Virus record (IMG/VR): IMGVR_UViG_3300025896_000011
Coordinates: 1 to 38,488 of that record
Source of the DNA: a virus
Taxonomy: Duplodnaviria; Caudoviricetes
DNA: 38,488 nt
Strand: one strand, 5' to 3'
Shown here: positions 17,712 through 25,157 of the stretch, in pieces
How positions within the stretch are numbered: the first letter of the stretch is position 1
Layout of the letters: each line of letters starts with the position of its first letter
Program-made: the position numbers and the translations under genes
The notes under the pieces: model-generated
Told to the model about the DNA's origin: nothing
What the model saw: the letters and a program-made list of their open reading frames with translations, nothing else
The model's database searches: none

Positions 17712-18152
17712 ATGAAAATATTTTGTCAGAGGGATAAGAGATGGTTTGATAAATACCTTGGTAAGACGAAGCAGAAAATGGCTGCGGTTGGATGCACAAC
17801 GACTGACATCGCTATGAGTGGAACTTGGTTTGGAGAAGAAATTCTGCCTTACCCGCTATGTCAGGAGCTGGAATACACGCCTGATGCATTGGTCATTTGG
17901 AGTTCCATCGGAAAGGTGTACAAGAGAATGAAGTTTCATTGGCGATTCTATACCTACGATCAGAAACTCATTGATGAAGCTCTAAAGAATCCGAACAAGA
18001 CTCTTCTCTTACATGTAGACAATGGCGGTCATTGGGTACATGCACTGTGGCGAGTACCAGGATTCAAGAAGTTCTGGGTAGCTGACCCGTGGGATGGTAA
18101 GAAGAAGTTTTATAGCGGAGTGGTGGGAGGTTCTATATTAATTAAAAAGTAA
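17712..18152 (+). CDS. Peptidase C39-like (papain fold) protein, probable endolysin
   Basis: QRDKRW..LG...VGCTTT.IAM, GHWV and VADPW supply Q/C/H/D catalytic residues; adjacent to holin-like genes. Confidence 0.72.
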   Translation: MKIFCQRDKRWFDKYLGKTKQKMAAVGCTTTDIAMSGTWFGEEILPYPLCQELEYTPDALVIWSSIGKVYKRMKFHWRFYTYDQKLIDEALKNPNKTLLLHVDNGGHWVHALWRVPGFKKFWVADPWDGKKKFYSGVVGGSILIKK

Positions 18153-18156
18153 ATTT

Positions 18157-18288
18157 ATGTCAGGAAAAATATTTGGTGTGGGAATAGCTTTGAGCATGTT
18201 AGGTCTAGGATACTTCTTCCCGGTAGTAATACCAGTGTCGGCTATCCTGGTGATCCTTGCAGGAGTGTTAATGGTATTGGACAAGTAG
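18157..18288 (+). CDS. Small two-TM peptide (43 aa, not in ORF track)
   Basis: MSGKIFGVGIALSMLGLGYFFPVVIPVSAILVILAGVLMVLDK*; fills the gap between its neighbours. Confidence 0.6.
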   Translation: MSGKIFGVGIALSMLGLGYFFPVVIPVSAILVILAGVLMVLDK

Positions 18289-18289
18289 T

Positions 18290-18490
18290 ATGAACGAACA
18301 ATTAAAAAGTCGAGTAAAATCATTCCTGTGGAGACTCGGAGGAATGACTGTGGTAGTGGTAGGAGCGTATGTACTTCAGGTAGGAGACGTATTCATGCTT
18401 GATCCAAAAACCATGGTAAACCTCGCAGCCATCACTGTTGTGGGTCTCGTAGTGGGTGAAGTGACGAAATATCTGAACAAAGGTGCTTGA
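18290..18490 (+). CDS. Putative holin
   Basis: 66 aa with two TM helices and C-terminal GEVTKYLNK, next to the lysin candidate. Confidence 0.6.
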   Translation: MNEQLKSRVKSFLWRLGGMTVVVVGAYVLQVGDVFMLDPKTMVNLAAITVVGLVVGEVTKYLNKGA

Positions 18491-18749
18491 CATTGTCTAA
18501 ATGCGTGTGTTAGGGTCTGCTGTAAAACTTAAAGATTTTATATGCGGATTTGGAACATACATACCCATGAATGGGGGAAGTGGCAGGAGCCACGCCCCCA
18601 CATGTGGAAGCATTACAGTGAGATGTTGAGATATTGTTCGTGCGGTAAAATAGAAAGAAAGGTATTCGACCTCTTCTGTCCAACTTATCAGCGCACAGGC
18701 TCTTTCTGCTTTTTTTGTGGGATTCATGCAGAAGTTTGGGAAAAGACCC

Positions 18750-18778
18750 TTGTCAAAACAGAGTTTTTGTGTAATAAT
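18750..18778 (+). promoter_or_regulatory. Putative sigma70 promoter (leaderless transcript)
   Basis: TTGTCA (18750-18755), 17 nt spacer ending in TGn, then AATAAT (18773-18778). The ATG begins 7 nt downstream. Confidence 0.5.
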
Positions 18779-18784
18779 AACCCT

Positions 18785-18997
18785 ATGGAACAGAATAAAA
18801 AGCCAAAATTAGGAAGACCGGGCAACTTTGCCAGAAATATCGCGATGGCGATTGAATACGAATTTTATCCCCTTTCATACCGACAAGTAGGGGAGAAACA
18901 TGGTGTGCCAGATCCAAGTGGGGCTTTTCAAGCAATCAAAGCAGGTAGGAAATACATTAATTGGGAGGCTTTAGAAGAGGCATTAAAGAGGCGTTGA
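18785..18997 (+). CDS. Small HTH DNA-binding protein (70 aa)
   Basis: GRP arm and LSYRQVGEKHGV...GAFQAIK HTH-like segment. The frame is open from 18542, but the internal ATG at 18785 is preferred. Confidence 0.6.
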   Translation: MEQNKKPKLGRPGNFARNIAMAIEYEFYPLSYRQVGEKHGVPDPSGAFQAIKAGRKYINWEALEEALKRR

Positions 18998-19023
18998 GAA
19001 AAAGACTTGACAGCCTCTTTTTT
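18985..19023 (+). terminator. Intrinsic terminator overlapping the -35 box of the next promoter
   Basis: aaagaggc-gttgag / cttgac-a-gcctcttt stem followed by a T-tract. Confidence 0.6.
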
Positions 19024-19035
19024 ATTTGCTATAAT
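19007..19035 (+). promoter_or_regulatory. Perfect-consensus sigma70 promoter with extended -10 (major early promoter)
   Basis: TTGACA (19007-19012), 17 nt spacer, TGcTATAAT (TATAAT at 19030-19035). Confidence 0.88.
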
Positions 19036-19068
19036 GGGTGTATTGAAGTGATCTTTTACAACTAAATA

Positions 19069-19456
19069 TCTAGCGGAGAAACTGTAGGGTCGTGTCGTTC
19101 TGTGAACCTTTCAGGCATTATATTGGTAGAGGCTAAGGCCTCTTTAAAAAAACTACTATAATGTCGCATAAGTTACATTACGAAACAAAACACTACTTTT
19201 GTCAACACCACTCTTGACAACAACCGCTAGAAATAGCGGTTTTTTCTTTTACCTCCAGCAATGGAGTCATCAGAAAGGCTTCTGACACTGAACCTAGTGT
19301 TGGGGGTAAAGGCTGAAACCCACCACAAAATTAATTTATTCGTGGTCAAGCAAAGTAAGTCTTAAGTGAAAGAAGCGACTTTTAACAGCTTCAAGAGTAA
19401 TAGGCAATGACGCGGGCGGAATAGAGTAGTGATTACTCCTGCTCCCGTCATTGCCT
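19069..19456 (+). ncRNA. Structured early leader RNA (several stems, terminator/antiterminator)
   Basis: ORF-free region. Stems: tctagcgg/ccgctaga, ggcattata/tataatgtc, agaggc/gcctct, ttgtcaa/ttgacaa, cttttacctccagca/tgttgggggtaaagg, aggcaatgacg/cgtcattgcct. Confidence 0.65.
19222..19250 (+). terminator. Intrinsic terminator within the early leader
   Basis: aaccgcta-GAAA-tagcggtt followed by ttttctttt. Confidence 0.8.
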
Positions 19457-19466
19457 CAACAAGTGT

Positions 19467-19787
19467 ATGAAAACAGCAATTGGTTTCGCTGGAACGCCTC
19501 AAAGCGTTGTGGACTACACGCACTCCTTTCTCCTAGAGATTATGGAATCTCCCTTATACCGGGACAATCCAAAAATCAGTTTCTGGGAATACTGGAGAGC
19601 GACCACAAAGAGTGAGCGCGAGAAAGTAGAAGAATCACTAAGTTTGGGGTTTGAAACATACAAAGAGTTCGAGGATCACAATGGTGACATGAATGTTGGG
19701 AAGAGTGAGCTGATGGAGATTTGGAACGAATGGGCGAACAGTGAGAAAGAGCCAGCCTACTGGCCAAGTAACCCAGAAGGAGCATAA
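19467..19787 (+). CDS. Hypothetical early protein
   Basis: 106 aa acidic ORF, first gene after the leader. Confidence 0.6.
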   Translation: MKTAIGFAGTPQSVVDYTHSFLLEIMESPLYRDNPKISFWEYWRATTKSEREKVEESLSLGFETYKEFEDHNGDMNVGKSELMEIWNEWANSEKEPAYWPSNPEGA

Positions 19788-19796
19788 AACACTTCT

Positions 19797-20036
19797 ATGA
19801 AAACAAAAATCACACATCAAGAAAGAGCGAAGCGAGTGGCAGTGAGAAGGGGATTCATTATCCCAGCCCTCGTAGCCAACAGAGTAGTTTACGGAATGTA
19901 CATGCCATTCAACATTGACCGGAGATGTCGCGAGCTGAAAATGGCCGGGTATCTCAGGGCAGAGACAGAGGATGGAATGCGTAAATGGGTGCCGACTAAA
20001 AAACTAGAAAAAGAAATACGGGATTCTAAAGATTAA
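19797..20036 (+). CDS. Small basic protein, winged-HTH-like
   Basis: NIDRRCRELKMAGYLRAE resembles a wHTH recognition helix and wing. Confidence 0.5.
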   Translation: MKTKITHQERAKRVAVRRGFIIPALVANRVVYGMYMPFNIDRRCRELKMAGYLRAETEDGMRKWVPTKKLEKEIRDSKD

Positions 20037-20045
20037 TAATCTCGT

Positions 20046-20621
20046 ATGAACAAAACAAAAATAAAAAACACCTTAAAAAGATATTTCACAGTTTTCCTTT
20101 ACATATTCATTGTCGGAATCACCGCACATGTTTATCACGAAGGAATAGAGACATGGGAAGAACTTACCGAATGGCAGACATTGGAGGACGACTATTTCAA
20201 ATCAAAATCAAACGAAGTTACAAGTATAGAACCTGAAAGATCATCCCAGGAGGGAGGTAGTAAGGGAAAGACGGTAAGTTTGTCTGATCAAGTGGCTCCT
20301 GAGGCTGTTGTAGCGGCAGCCTCTCCTACTTCTAACAAGAAATTAATTGAAGAAAAAGGAAGAGCAATATTTGGCGACAAAGAAGTGAACGCATTAATGG
20401 AATTGGTAGATAGAGAGTCAGATTTTAACCACAAAGCACAAAATCCAGTATCGACAGCTTATGGAATGTTTCAGTTCTTGGATAGCACATGGGAAGCGTA
20501 TGGTTGTGAAAAAACGAGTGACCCAGTGAAGCAAACCGAGTGTGGACTGAAATACATTCAGAAGCGTTATGAGACACCATCAAAAGCTTTGGCTTATCAC
20601 GATGTAAATAATTCTTACTAA
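20046..20621 (+). CDS. Membrane-anchored lytic transglycosylase (SLT-like)
   Basis: N-terminal TM, then RESDFN..AQNPVSTAYGMFQFL and GLKYIQKRY (catalytic Glu and GxxQ motif). Confidence 0.8.
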   Translation: MNKTKIKNTLKRYFTVFLYIFIVGITAHVYHEGIETWEELTEWQTLEDDYFKSKSNEVTSIEPERSSQEGGSKGKTVSLSDQVAPEAVVAAASPTSNKKLIEEKGRAIFGDKEVNALMELVDRESDFNHKAQNPVSTAYGMFQFLDSTWEAYGCEKTSDPVKQTECGLKYIQKRYETPSKALAYHDVNNSY

Positions 20622-20624
20622 ATT

Positions 20625-20966
20625 ATGAAGCTAGAAAATTTTCTCAAAAAAATGGAAAAGATGAAGAGTGAAGACTTCTTCGGTATCCAATATTATTTTG
20701 AGAAAGGCTATGACGGACACTGTCCGTGCTTCAATGGAAAGTTTGAAATTGATGGTAAGAAATATGCAGTTTGGGGTAGGTGCTGGAGAGTGAGTGACAA
20801 CGTGCAAGATCTTAACATTTTTACAAAATCTCGTGCTAAGAAGAAGACTATGCAAATAGCAGAAGCTATCAAAAAGATACTCGATGCACAGGAGTGGTAC
20901 AACCCATACACGATACAGATAAATCCAAAAATCAGTGGCTATAAATCAATTCACGACCTTTTATGA
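20625..20966 (+). CDS. Hypothetical protein
   Basis: 113 aa ORF tightly packed in the operon. Confidence 0.6.
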   Translation: MKLENFLKKMEKMKSEDFFGIQYYFEKGYDGHCPCFNGKFEIDGKKYAVWGRCWRVSDNVQDLNIFTKSRAKKKTMQIAEAIKKILDAQEWYNPYTIQINPKISGYKSIHDLL

Positions 20967-21058
20967 AAACTTATTTACACCTAAAACACCGGAGACAAGT
21001 AATGAGACAGATGTTGTCTTGGGGTGCATGGTACGACAAATTTTTTAAGTAAAAAACT

Positions 21059-21610
21059 ATGGGATGCGATATACACGCTTTTGCGGAAAGAAAGCGGAAA
21101 AATGGAAAGTGGGTTCAAATCAAAGGTGAGTTTTCACACAAATATAAAGATCACACTGAATATCGAGATGATCTTGATTTAGGAAGGAATTATGAACTAT
21201 TTGCCTTTCTTGCTGATGTAAGAAACTCAAATAATATTGTTCCCATTGCACAGCCCAAGGGAGTTCCCGCAGATGCAAGCCTTGGCTATCAAGCGGAGGT
21301 TGAATACTGGGGTTCTGATGGACACTCGCACAGTTATTTCACCCTTAAAGAACTAAAAGAAATACCAGAAGAACTCATAAATCAAGAGATCGATGACAGT
21401 AGCTTAATACTTGCAAAAAATGGTGATGAGATTACAGAAACTTGCTCTTGGACTTCTGGGAAACACTTAGGAGTAGTTGGAAAAAGAAAAATATTCACAT
21501 TATTTAAAAGGGAGAAAAACCCTATAGAACAAATAATAGAAGAACTGAAACTCACTGATCACGACGAAGAAGATGAAGATGTACGACTCGTATTCTTCTT
21601 TGATAACTAA
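21059..21610 (+). CDS. Conserved phage protein (MGCDIH family)
   Basis: MGCDIH...RNYELFAFLADVRN...HSHSY...RLVFFFDN is a widespread phage motif set. Confidence 0.75.
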   Translation: MGCDIHAFAERKRKNGKWVQIKGEFSHKYKDHTEYRDDLDLGRNYELFAFLADVRNSNNIVPIAQPKGVPADASLGYQAEVEYWGSDGHSHSYFTLKELKEIPEELINQEIDDSSLILAKNGDEITETCSWTSGKHLGVVGKRKIFTLFKREKNPIEQIIEELKLTDHDEEDEDVRLVFFFDN

Positions 21611-21622
21611 GTAAAAAATACT

Positions 21623-22150
21623 ATGGCGGAAGAAAAGAAGGCAACAATTTGGGAGGCACTGGCAGCAGTTCAGAAAGCAATGCCTGTCATTGGAAAGAAC
21701 AAGGAAGGTGTTCATGGCGCTAAATATGCTGACTTGGAAAAAGTCTGGGAGACACTAGACCCAATTCTTGAGCAAAACGAGTTTACGGTCTATCACCGAT
21801 GTGACCAAAAGTCTGTATTCACTATTGCTCACCACCGACCAACCGGGGAAGTACTAGACAGCAATATTGAAATATCACAAGTAGATCCTCAGAAGAAAGG
21901 TGCTGAAATTACCTACTACAAGCGTTACAACCTCGGCATGATTTTCAATATCATTATTGCCAATGAAGACAAAGATGCTGCGGGGACAGAAGTTATTGGA
22001 GACGAGAATCTTGCTGTGATTGAAGAGTCTCTCAAGCTCATGAATGACGCTGAAGAGTTGACCAATTACTGGAAGAAAGATTTGAAAGCCACTACTGACA
22101 AGAAAGTTCTGGCCTTATTCACCAAGCGCAAAAAAGAACTAGGACTATGA
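21623..22150 (+). CDS. erf: ERF-family single-strand annealing protein
   Basis: KYADLE and DPQKKGAEITYYKRYNL..IF.I...EDKDA match the ERF signature GSxITYxRRY...DDD. Confidence 0.8.
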   Translation: MAEEKKATIWEALAAVQKAMPVIGKNKEGVHGAKYADLEKVWETLDPILEQNEFTVYHRCDQKSVFTIAHHRPTGEVLDSNIEISQVDPQKKGAEITYYKRYNLGMIFNIIIANEDKDAAGTEVIGDENLAVIEESLKLMNDAEELTNYWKKDLKATTDKKVLALFTKRKKELGL

Positions 22151-22737
22151 TTTATCACGAAGTAGACCAGGGATCACCAGAATGGCTCCAACTGCGTCTT
22201 GGCAAGGTTACAAGTACCAGAGCGAAAGATGTCGTAGGAACTGGCAGAAAGGCACTCATGATCCAAATGATTGCTGAGAAGTACGAGAAGAACAAAGACT
22301 TCAAATCAGACGACATGCTCAATGGAACTCTCAAAGAGTCATGGGCGCTAGACGATTACGAAGAGCTGACGGGGGAGAATTTAGAGACAATTGGGTTTGT
22401 TGAAAAGAATGAAGATGTAGGTTTCTCCCCAGATGCCATGTGCCGAAAGAGAACAAAGAGCGTACAAGTGAAGTGTCCTTTACTCAAAACTCACCTCAAA
22501 TACATTCTGGCTGGAAATAAGATACCAGCCGAATATAGATGGGCTGCAGTTCATGAGTTTGCTACAGAGCCAAATCTGAAAGAAATGGATTTTGTCAGCT
22601 ACAACCAAAAATGGCACAAGAAGCTCCACATCATCACTGTTACGCGCGAAGACTTTGCAGAGGACATTCAGTTGTATGAAGAGAAGTTGGATAGCTTTTT
22701 GAAAGATTATAAAGAAGTAATTTCTAAATTAATGTGA
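22147..22737 (+). CDS. YqaJ-like (lambda Exo-type) exonuclease
   Basis: QGSPEWLQLRLGKVTST, FSPDA and QVKCP motifs. Confidence 0.88.
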   Translation: MIYHEVDQGSPEWLQLRLGKVTSTRAKDVVGTGRKALMIQMIAEKYEKNKDFKSDDMLNGTLKESWALDDYEELTGENLETIGFVEKNEDVGFSPDAMCRKRTKSVQVKCPLLKTHLKYILAGNKIPAEYRWAAVHEFATEPNLKEMDFVSYNQKWHKKLHIITVTREDFAEDIQLYEEKLDSFLKDYKEVISKLM

Positions 22738-22738
22738 T

Positions 22739-22990
22739 ATGGACAAGAATTTTGTAGAAGGAATGCGATACTTCCCGCCTCGGGAGAAAGCCCCGGACTT
22801 TGTGAAAGGGACAATCTCGGTCGAACCAGCGAAGCTCATGGAATACCTGGAGACTCAAGAGACTGATGACAAAGGGTATGTGAAGTTCCAGATCAAACTC
22901 AGTAAGAACGGGAAATATTACTTAGAGGTTGATACCTGGAAACCAGAAAACAAAAGTGGAAGTTCAGGAATAGAAGGTGTGCCATTTTAA
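22739..22990 (+). CDS. Putative ssDNA-binding protein
   Basis: 83 aa with KAPDFVKG, YLEVDTWKP and C-terminal VPF; follows the recombination genes. Confidence 0.6.
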   Translation: MDKNFVEGMRYFPPREKAPDFVKGTISVEPAKLMEYLETQETDDKGYVKFQIKLSKNGKYYLEVDTWKPENKSGSSGIEGVPF

Positions 22991-23007
22991 GAGTAAAAAA
23001 CAACCCT

Positions 23008-23196
23008 ATGGGAAAAATATACGAATACAGTGAGTTAAAAGGAATCATTCAGGTCGGTGATGAAGTCAGGGCGGTTCCTGGGAGAAGTAATCCTTGTGGA
23101 CAGATCCGAGATAATGGTTCTACTACTGGAATCATTACAAAAGTAACAAGTGGCGATTTCTACATAAATGATTGTTGGCATTTGAGTAGTGGGTGA
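23008..23196 (+). CDS. Small SH3/KOW-like protein, possibly 3'-truncated
   Basis: QVGDEVRA...GIITKV; the ORF ends inside the first stem of the RNA array. Confidence 0.5.
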   Translation: MGKIYEYSELKGIIQVGDEVRAVPGRSNPCGQIRDNGSTTGIITKVTSGDFYINDCWHLSSG

Positions 23197-23571
23197 TTCC
23201 ACAAGGGGAATGCCTGAAAGTTGGAACAAGCTGTGAGACGACCTTGCCCAACCGCCCGTAGAGACGAATCAGCCTAATCAGTTGTCTATCTCTGCGGGTG
23301 CCCGGTCGGACTCAAGTACCATGTCAGTTCATTAGTGCTTTAGTGGGGGCGTTCAATTCCCTGGTCAATGATGGCCATGCTAGACGCAGGGGTATGACCT
23401 CTTATATGAGAAAGACATGGCACTCCCCACTAGGGCATTTAACAAGATTTAGTGAGTTGAAACTGGTGGCTAATGGTACGAATGGTTCATTGTAGAGGCC
23501 GCTAACCTTCTGCACAGGAAACTGGAATCTAGGCATTAGTCGCTTGCCTCAGCTCATTAAGTGCTTTTTAA

Positions 23572-23713
23572 CAGGAAGTGGCGAAAAATTAGGAACGCTA
23601 ACATTTCTAGGCATAGAAGTTAAAGCTGGCCTCACAGCGAGACAACCGGCCCTGCAAGGTGCGCTTACTAGGAAAATGGATGTCCCCTAGATAGTAATCC
23701 CTTGCCTTCCTGT
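23572..23713 (+). ncRNA. tRNA-like element with long variable arm and expanded T-loop
   Basis: Acceptor caggaag/cttcctg, tg-gcg..cgc D-arm, gctgg/ccggc variable arm, gcaagg/ccttgc T-stem enclosing about 40 nt. No canonical anticodon loop. Confidence 0.55.
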
Positions 23714-23746
23714 TAGAGAGCATTTATAGATGGTTCATTAACTCAT

Positions 23747-23833
23747 ACCCAGGTGGTTCAATTACTCGCATGAGTAGAGCGCCCCAGGCCTTTAAAACAG
23801 AAGGGGAGATACGGTGAAAACCCGTCCTGGGTA
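23747..23833 (+). ncRNA. tRNA-like element with expanded D-loop and anticodon loop
   Basis: Acceptor acccagg/cctgggt, D-stem gttc/gagc with inner hairpin tactc/gagta, cccc/gggg stem with 17-nt loop, T-arm acgg-tgaaaac-ccgt. Confidence 0.55.
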
Positions 23834-23849
23834 GAAGTTAGTGAGTCAT

Positions 23850-23921
23850 TGGTTAGTAGCTCAGTGGTAGAGCGTCTCGCTGTTAACGAGGGGGTCGTAG
23901 GTTCGAATCCTACCTAGCCAG
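23850..23921 (+). tRNA. tRNA-Asn (GTT)
   Basis: Acceptor tggttag/ctagcca, D-arm tagctcagtggtagagc, anticodon arm tctcg-ctGTTaa-cgagg, T-arm gtagg-ttcgaat-cctac, discriminator G. CCA is not encoded. Confidence 0.93.
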
Positions 23922-23944
23922 CATTACCAAGAAACAAAAATGAT

Positions 23945-24448
23945 ATGGAAAAACCCTCAGACATGACAGACAAAGAGCAGGCGTATGAATGGAGAGTGTA
24001 TCAAATAACACAGATGGGAGTAGAGAGAAAGGTTGCAGAAAGATTAGCGCAAGAAGAAAGAGGAGCATTGACGAAGTATAAGAACGGACTATGGCAATAC
24101 CTAGTGGATCACTACCGCATTGAGCCAAATGGAAACCTGAGAGTGATGTTCTATGTAAGAGACAAGGCAGATTTCTTCAGGAGAGTGCAGGCAAGAGTGG
24201 ATGGACAGTTCATGAGGTACGAAGTAGAGAAGGTCGAAAAAGACCTCAGCACAGTAGGAGAAGTTTACCGACAACTCCAGAACCTTCAGAGAAAGCAGAA
24301 AGAGGCTCTGAACAGTGAGAAGTTCTTCATAAGAGTCATCGCAGTCCTTTACAGAAAATACGTGCTTAAAAAGAAAAGAAAAAGAAATTACTCAGTATGG
24401 CGAAGAAACAAGGAACCAGTCCAACCCAAAGTAGCCTCAAGCGAATGA
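23945..24448 (+). CDS. Hypothetical protein
   Basis: 167 aa basic ORF. Confidence 0.6.
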   Translation: MEKPSDMTDKEQAYEWRVYQITQMGVERKVAERLAQEERGALTKYKNGLWQYLVDHYRIEPNGNLRVMFYVRDKADFFRRVQARVDGQFMRYEVEKVEKDLSTVGEVYRQLQNLQRKQKEALNSEKFFIRVIAVLYRKYVLKKKRKRNYSVWRRNKEPVQPKVASSE

Positions 24449-24720
24449 GGAAGGCAGGCTACACATGTCAGGTGGTTGAGAAATGGAATCCTTTTGTGAA
24501 GATCAGGCAAGACCTATTCGGCTTTATAGACATTCTCTGCATCAAGGAAGGCGAGACAGTAGGGGTTCAGTCAACTACTAAAGACAATGCCTTGGCCAGA
24601 GTGAAGAAAATAGAGCTGAATGAGACTTACCCGATAGTGAAGAAAGCGGGGTGGAGAGTACTGGTGCATGGTTGGTTCAAAGAAAAAAATAGGTGGCAAG
24701 TAAAAGAAACAGAACTATGA
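24397..24720 (+). CDS. PD-(D/E)XK nuclease, Holliday-junction resolvase / VRR-NUC-like
   Basis: GYTCQVVE, RQDLFGFIDILCI, GVQST and VLVHGW. Confidence 0.7.
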   Translation: MAKKQGTSPTQSSLKRMRKAGYTCQVVEKWNPFVKIRQDLFGFIDILCIKEGETVGVQSTTKDNALARVKKIELNETYPIVKKAGWRVLVHGWFKEKNRWQVKETEL

Positions 24721-25154
24721 AAATAAAAGGAAGAGTCATTAAGAACGAATTTATACCAGAAAATATTGAGAAGTACCAAGATGCTCTTGCGAAACTTGAT
24801 GGCGCTGGCCTTATTGAGATTGATATCCCCACTCTTCGCGAGTACCGGACAAACAAGCAGAATGATTCTCTACACCTCTACTTCAAAGAAGTGGCCGACC
24901 ACTTGAATGCTCATGGTTATAGTCTCCAAAAGACTGTAAAAGTGGATGTCGACATGTGGTGGACTGGTCGCATGGTCAAGGAAATCATTTGGAAAACCTA
25001 CCAGCGAGTTGTATTAGGCAAAGAAAGCACCAAGGAGCTGTACACAGACGAGATTGACAAGATTGTAGAGCGAATGGATCACATGCTCTCAGAAAGGCAA
25101 CTAGACCCTATAGAGTTCCCAAGCTACTACCGAGAAATGTTTAAGAAGAGGTAG
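24717..25154 (+). CDS. NinB/DUF1367-like protein
   Basis: RTNKQNDSLHLYF...STKEL...IEFP; ATGA overlap. Confidence 0.65.
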   Translation: MKIKGRVIKNEFIPENIEKYQDALAKLDGAGLIEIDIPTLREYRTNKQNDSLHLYFKEVADHLNAHGYSLQKTVKVDVDMWWTGRMVKEIIWKTYQRVVLGKESTKELYTDEIDKIVERMDHMLSERQLDPIEFPSYYREMFKKR

Positions 25155-25157
25155 CGT

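Larger units (their letters stand above)
23167..23849 (+). ncRNA. Tandem array of five stem-closed structured RNA domains
   Basis: Units at about 23167-23333, 23334-23439, 23447-23562, 23562-23722 and 23729-23849, each closed by a 13-18 bp G-U-containing stem. Confidence 0.7.

Noticed and set aside
18542-18784. N-terminal extension of the HTH ORF (HxHxWxxW...CSCG)
   Set aside because: It may be a separate small gene remnant reading in frame, but an internal promoter and ATG at 18785 better explain the HTH gene. Unresolved, so not called.
23298-23495. 65-aa ORF in the track
   Set aside because: GTG start, no protein-like features, and it lies across the RNA stems.
23600-23800. Suppressor tRNAs (CTA in ttctagg, TTA in ctttaaa) and stop-codon recoding
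   Set aside because: The triplets are not in 7-nt loops closed by a 5-bp stem. Genes terminate normally at TAG, TAA and TGA with tight packing.
23167-23849. CRISPR or mini-CRISPR array, or group I/II intron
   Set aside because: There are no repeated direct-repeat sequences, I could not find group I core or group II domain V motifs, and no downstream exon is evident.
23850-23921. tRNA as attP/integration site, or with a downstream theta/HDV-like ribozyme
   Set aside because: No integrase is seen, and only about 23 A-rich nt follow before the next ATG.
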